A DNA stretch of 64,000 nucleotides, taken from the NCBI GenBank assembly GCA_039024555.1, contig JBCCQQ010000013.1, positions 1 to 64,000 on the forward strand. Reading direction: 5' to 3'. Shown piece after piece: positions 61,156 through 64,000 of the stretch. A program made the translations under genes and the position numbers. Within the stretch, counting starts at the first letter, position 1, and each line of letters begins with the position of its first letter. The DNA comes from Cyanobacteria bacterium P01_D01_bin.156 (GTDB taxonomy: Bacteria; Cyanobacteriota; Cyanobacteriia; Phormidesmidales; Phormidesmidaceae). Under the pieces are notes generated by a model. The model searched no databases. It saw nothing but the letters and a program-made list of their open reading frames with translations, and was not told where the DNA came from.

Positions 61156-61318
61156 ATTGCAAAGGCTCCTAGCGAATCAAACCACCAGCGTACTAGCATA
61201 AGCGAGTCCAGTGATGAATTAGGCGTTGCTGATTCTCTAAATGACTGTATCGATACTATCCAGACCTACAGATAGTTAAGTTGATCGTTTTATCATCTAG
61301 ATCAGCAACGGTATCAAC

Positions 61319-61552
61319 CTAGTAGGTAGTCATACCTCGAATCGCATAGCCCAAAACGATACCAATCAGCAATGCCCAAACCTGGCCGGACTCAATAAAA
61401 TTTCCGATAATCTCTCCAGACCGATCAAAAAAGCTATTTTCATCTAGCTGCAGCACGACAGGGCTGGTTACTACTGCTGTTTGCTGAGGCAGAAACGAAA
61501 CAGCAGCCACATTAACGTCGCTGGTAGACGTGAAAGACATATCAATATCCAT
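61319..61552 (-). CDS. Small conserved cyanobacterial membrane protein
   Basis: C-terminal FIESGQVWALLIGIVLGY motif. Confidence 0.7.
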   Translation of the reverse strand: MDIDMSFTSTSDVNVAAVSFLPQQTAVVTSPVVLQLDENSFFDRSGEIIGNFIESGQVWALLIGIVLGYAIRGMTTY

Positions 61553-61677
61553 GAGAGCTATTAAACGTAGTGACTAAATAACGGGGAGCAATCCGATCAT
61601 TGCACTACGACCCAATAACATCAAGCTATGGCTGACTATGTCTGAAGACAATCGTGGCTAATTAAAAGCACAAAGCT

Positions 61678-63150
61678 CTAACGCTCAATAGCAGATAACT
61701 GACGAAACTCCGCTGGTTGAGTCACTTTCATCACGACTAATGTGGTGTCATCATCCTTAGTACGATCCACACCAATAAACTGACGCAACAGATTGAATAG
61801 ATAGTCTAAAATCTCTTGGGAGTTGGCTAGATTGCGACAGGCCCAAGACACGGCCTTGATTAAATTCTCTTCGTCAAATCGTTCACCACGAATATTAGCC
61901 GCATCTGTAAAGCCATCAGTGTAGAAGATAACGATATCCCCTGGATACAGCTGTACCTGCCCTTCATGGTAACGAGTATCAATATCTAACCCCAAGAGCA
62001 TACCATCAGCATCTAATCGATTAATCGTATTAGTGGCTGCCTGCCAAAGCAATGGGGGATTATGGGCAGCGTTGCCGTAGGAAAATAGCTGAGTTTTTGG
62101 GTCGTATTCTGCGTAAAAGAGCGTCACAAACCGATGGGAATTTTCCAAATCGTTGTGCATGACGCAGTTGAGATTCTGCAGAATCTGCCCAGGGGAGTGC
62201 TCATTGAGCACCTCAGCCCGCAACATGCCCCGCAGCATGGTCATAATCAAACCAGCAGGCACGCCTTTACCCATCACATCACCAATGGCAATGCTCCATG
62301 GTTGAGCCGATGAAAGTTGCGTATCAGGTCTACGCAACTGATCGTATGTAGTGGGAATAAAATCGTAGTAATCACCACCAACTTTTTGGGCTGTTTGACA
62401 GCGAGCAGCCAAATCCACACCTTCGATTAGGGGACATTGGCGAGGCAACAGCTTCTCTTGAATTTCTGCCCCCAGTTCCAATTCACGATCCAATCGCTCT
62501 TTCTTACGCAGAGCTAGTGTCAATTCGTCATTTTCGATGGCCACAGCAGTTTGGTCGGCCACTAAACGTACTAGCTTTTGACGTGTTTCCGTCCAAGCAT
62601 AGTCAACATCGTCACTAAAAACATACAGACGACCACGCTCCACATTTTGAACAATGATCGAGGTGCCAAAAAGCTTTAAATCAGGAGATAAGAAATGGTT
62701 GAGCTGCTGGTCTAAGGTGACCATGGCAGTACGGGCCATCTGGTTAGTTAAGTTCTTCTCATCGCTTGGTTTAGTCCCTAAAGAGCCCGATACCGATGAA
62801 GTAATCTGACGTGTAGCCGATTCTAGAGCGTAGCGCACCGTTTGACAGGTATCGTTCGCCGGACAGTAGAGTCGTTCCAGCCGCAGCTGCCCATTCGGGC
62901 GAAAAAGAACCAGAGCTCCTCCGGTTGCATCAGTCACACGACTCGCAATCATGGGAATCAGCTCTAAAAACTGGCTAATATTATTTAGACTTCTAAGCGC
63001 AAACCCCAAAGAACTCAGCAAATCTTGAATTTTGTACTGCTCTCGCTGCAGTCTTGCAACCAATTCTTTAAGGGCAAACACAGGGGTTCCGCCCGGTAAG
63101 GTGCTGCCCTCGGGAAGGGAATTAAAGGGTAGCGAAGGACTGGGCGACAT
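61678..63150 (-). CDS. GAF + SpoIIE/PP2C Ser/Thr phosphatase (RsbU-like)
   Basis: VGGDYYD, IGDVMGKGVPA, NAAH, FYTDG, DDTT. Confidence 0.92.
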   Translation of the reverse strand: MSPSPSLPFNSLPEGSTLPGGTPVFALKELVARLQREQYKIQDLLSSLGFALRSLNNISQFLELIPMIASRVTDATGGALVLFRPNGQLRLERLYCPANDTCQTVRYALESATRQITSSVSGSLGTKPSDEKNLTNQMARTAMVTLDQQLNHFLSPDLKLFGTSIIVQNVERGRLYVFSDDVDYAWTETRQKLVRLVADQTAVAIENDELTLALRKKERLDRELELGAEIQEKLLPRQCPLIEGVDLAARCQTAQKVGGDYYDFIPTTYDQLRRPDTQLSSAQPWSIAIGDVMGKGVPAGLIMTMLRGMLRAEVLNEHSPGQILQNLNCVMHNDLENSHRFVTLFYAEYDPKTQLFSYGNAAHNPPLLWQAATNTINRLDADGMLLGLDIDTRYHEGQVQLYPGDIVIFYTDGFTDAANIRGERFDEENLIKAVSWACRNLANSQEILDYLFNLLRQFIGVDRTKDDDTTLVVMKVTQPAEFRQLSAIER

Positions 63151-63400
63151 AGGTACAACCGACAGTATGGTCGATATCTAAAGGCAACAGATAAATAAAA
63201 AGCTACATGTGGTTGGAGGCAATATAGCGGTCTAAGCCATTCTTGGCAACTAAATATTTTATCGACTACTATACGCCCTCAAGAAAAATTGCTAACGCAA
63301 AAATTTAGCCACAAACATAGCACTTTAGCCATATCCGTCAAGGGTACTTTGCCAAAACTGGGAATTTAATCCATGAGCCTAGGGTGTTTTGGCAGAGCCT

Positions 63401-64000
63401 TCATGCCCACTGCACCCGATATAGCTGAAAAACATTGCCAGCGGCCTGTTTTGTTACCTTGGCATCTGCAGATTTAATCAACGAGCGCCATTGAGGCAGC
63501 TCTATCAATTCCACATCAACCCCCAAGTACGTCTCTAGAATGGCCCAATTTTCCGCCAGTTCTTCTGCCGGATTAATGACATCGAATACAAAGGAGCCCC
63601 CAGGTTTCAAACAACGCCTGACTGCTGCCATTACCTGTTCCCAATAATCCAGAGGGTAGTAACAACTCACCCCAGTGGCAATGACCAAATCAAATGTATC
63701 GGGTTCATAATCCAGCTTATGGGCCGGAGCTAACTGCACACCCTTAAATAGCTTAGAGTCTAACTGGGGCCCTCGCTGGTTTAGTGCGGTCTGGGCGACT
63801 TTACTAATATCTTGACCTACAAACCTTGCCTGCCATTGTTTCCAGGGGTAAATGAGAAAGCTCAGACCACAGCCAAGGTCTAAACAGTACTGCCCCTTCT
63901 TAGGTTTCGCTATTTCCCAAAATGGACTACTGATACGAGATGTCAAACTACCTGCTACCCAATCTCGGAATATGGCCAGTTCTTGAACCTCATCAGGCAA
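63401..64000 (-). CDS. Class I SAM-dependent methyltransferase (5' end outside the window)
   Basis: CLDLGCG, GQDIS, FDLVIATG, LKPGGSFVFD. Confidence 0.85.
   Translation of the reverse strand: MPDEVQELAIFRDWVAGSLTSRISSPFWEIAKPKKGQYCLDLGCGLSFLIYPWKQWQARFVGQDISKVAQTALNQRGPQLDSKLFKGVQLAPAHKLDYEPDTFDLVIATGVSCYYPLDYWEQVMAAVRRCLKPGGSFVFDVINPAEELAENWAILETYLGVDVELIELPQWRSLIKSADAKVTKQAAGNVFQLYRVQWA

Noticed and set aside
594..61275. Many alternative-frame and antisense ORFs in the track (for example 885-1367, 3273-3692, 27645-28115, 55802-56245)
   Set aside because: They overlap well-supported genes and show no recognisable motifs.
1..64000. CRISPR array, tRNA or rRNA
   Set aside because: No regularly spaced repeats with unique spacers, cloverleaf or rRNA-like sequence seen by eye; a tRNAscan/Infernal run would be needed to exclude small RNAs.

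Overview
Cyanobacterial chromosomal segment: HIP1 GCGATCGC is frequent, pcyA, ho1, acsF and a prk-like gene are present, and the gene content resembles filamentous Leptolyngbya-type genomes (inference). It opens with the right end of an IS256-family element inserted into an LRR gene. 0.5-22 kb is mostly core genes (htrA, FHA-PBP1A, lspA, bioY, hemB, ho1, ftsL/ftsI, gmk, pcyA, prk-like, ilvD). 22-32 kb holds decayed toxin-antitoxin remnants, a redox/electrophile-stress cluster, and a probable low-oxygen acsF copy converging on an hpf/lrtA gene; both of these carry a ChlR-type box. The 32-53 kb accessory block is the most interesting part. It has (i) a heme-oxygenase-like diiron enzyme, methyltransferase and TauD-like cassette divergent from an H-NOX/HNOBA-kinase pair, (ii) a Rieske oxygenase-FIST(NosP-like)-hybrid kinase-REC kinase operon, and (iii) an AT-rich island with a NACHT NTPase, an antiporter-like membrane protein and small ORFs whose upstream regions share GGTA repeats spaced about 10 bp apart. 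53-55 kb contains xisH/xisI pseudogenes, a Uma2 gene and REP/REPIN elements. Core genes follow (TPR, SDR, ComFB, argH, PP2C phosphatase, methyltransferase). All calls come from motif recognition by eye; no database searches were run.
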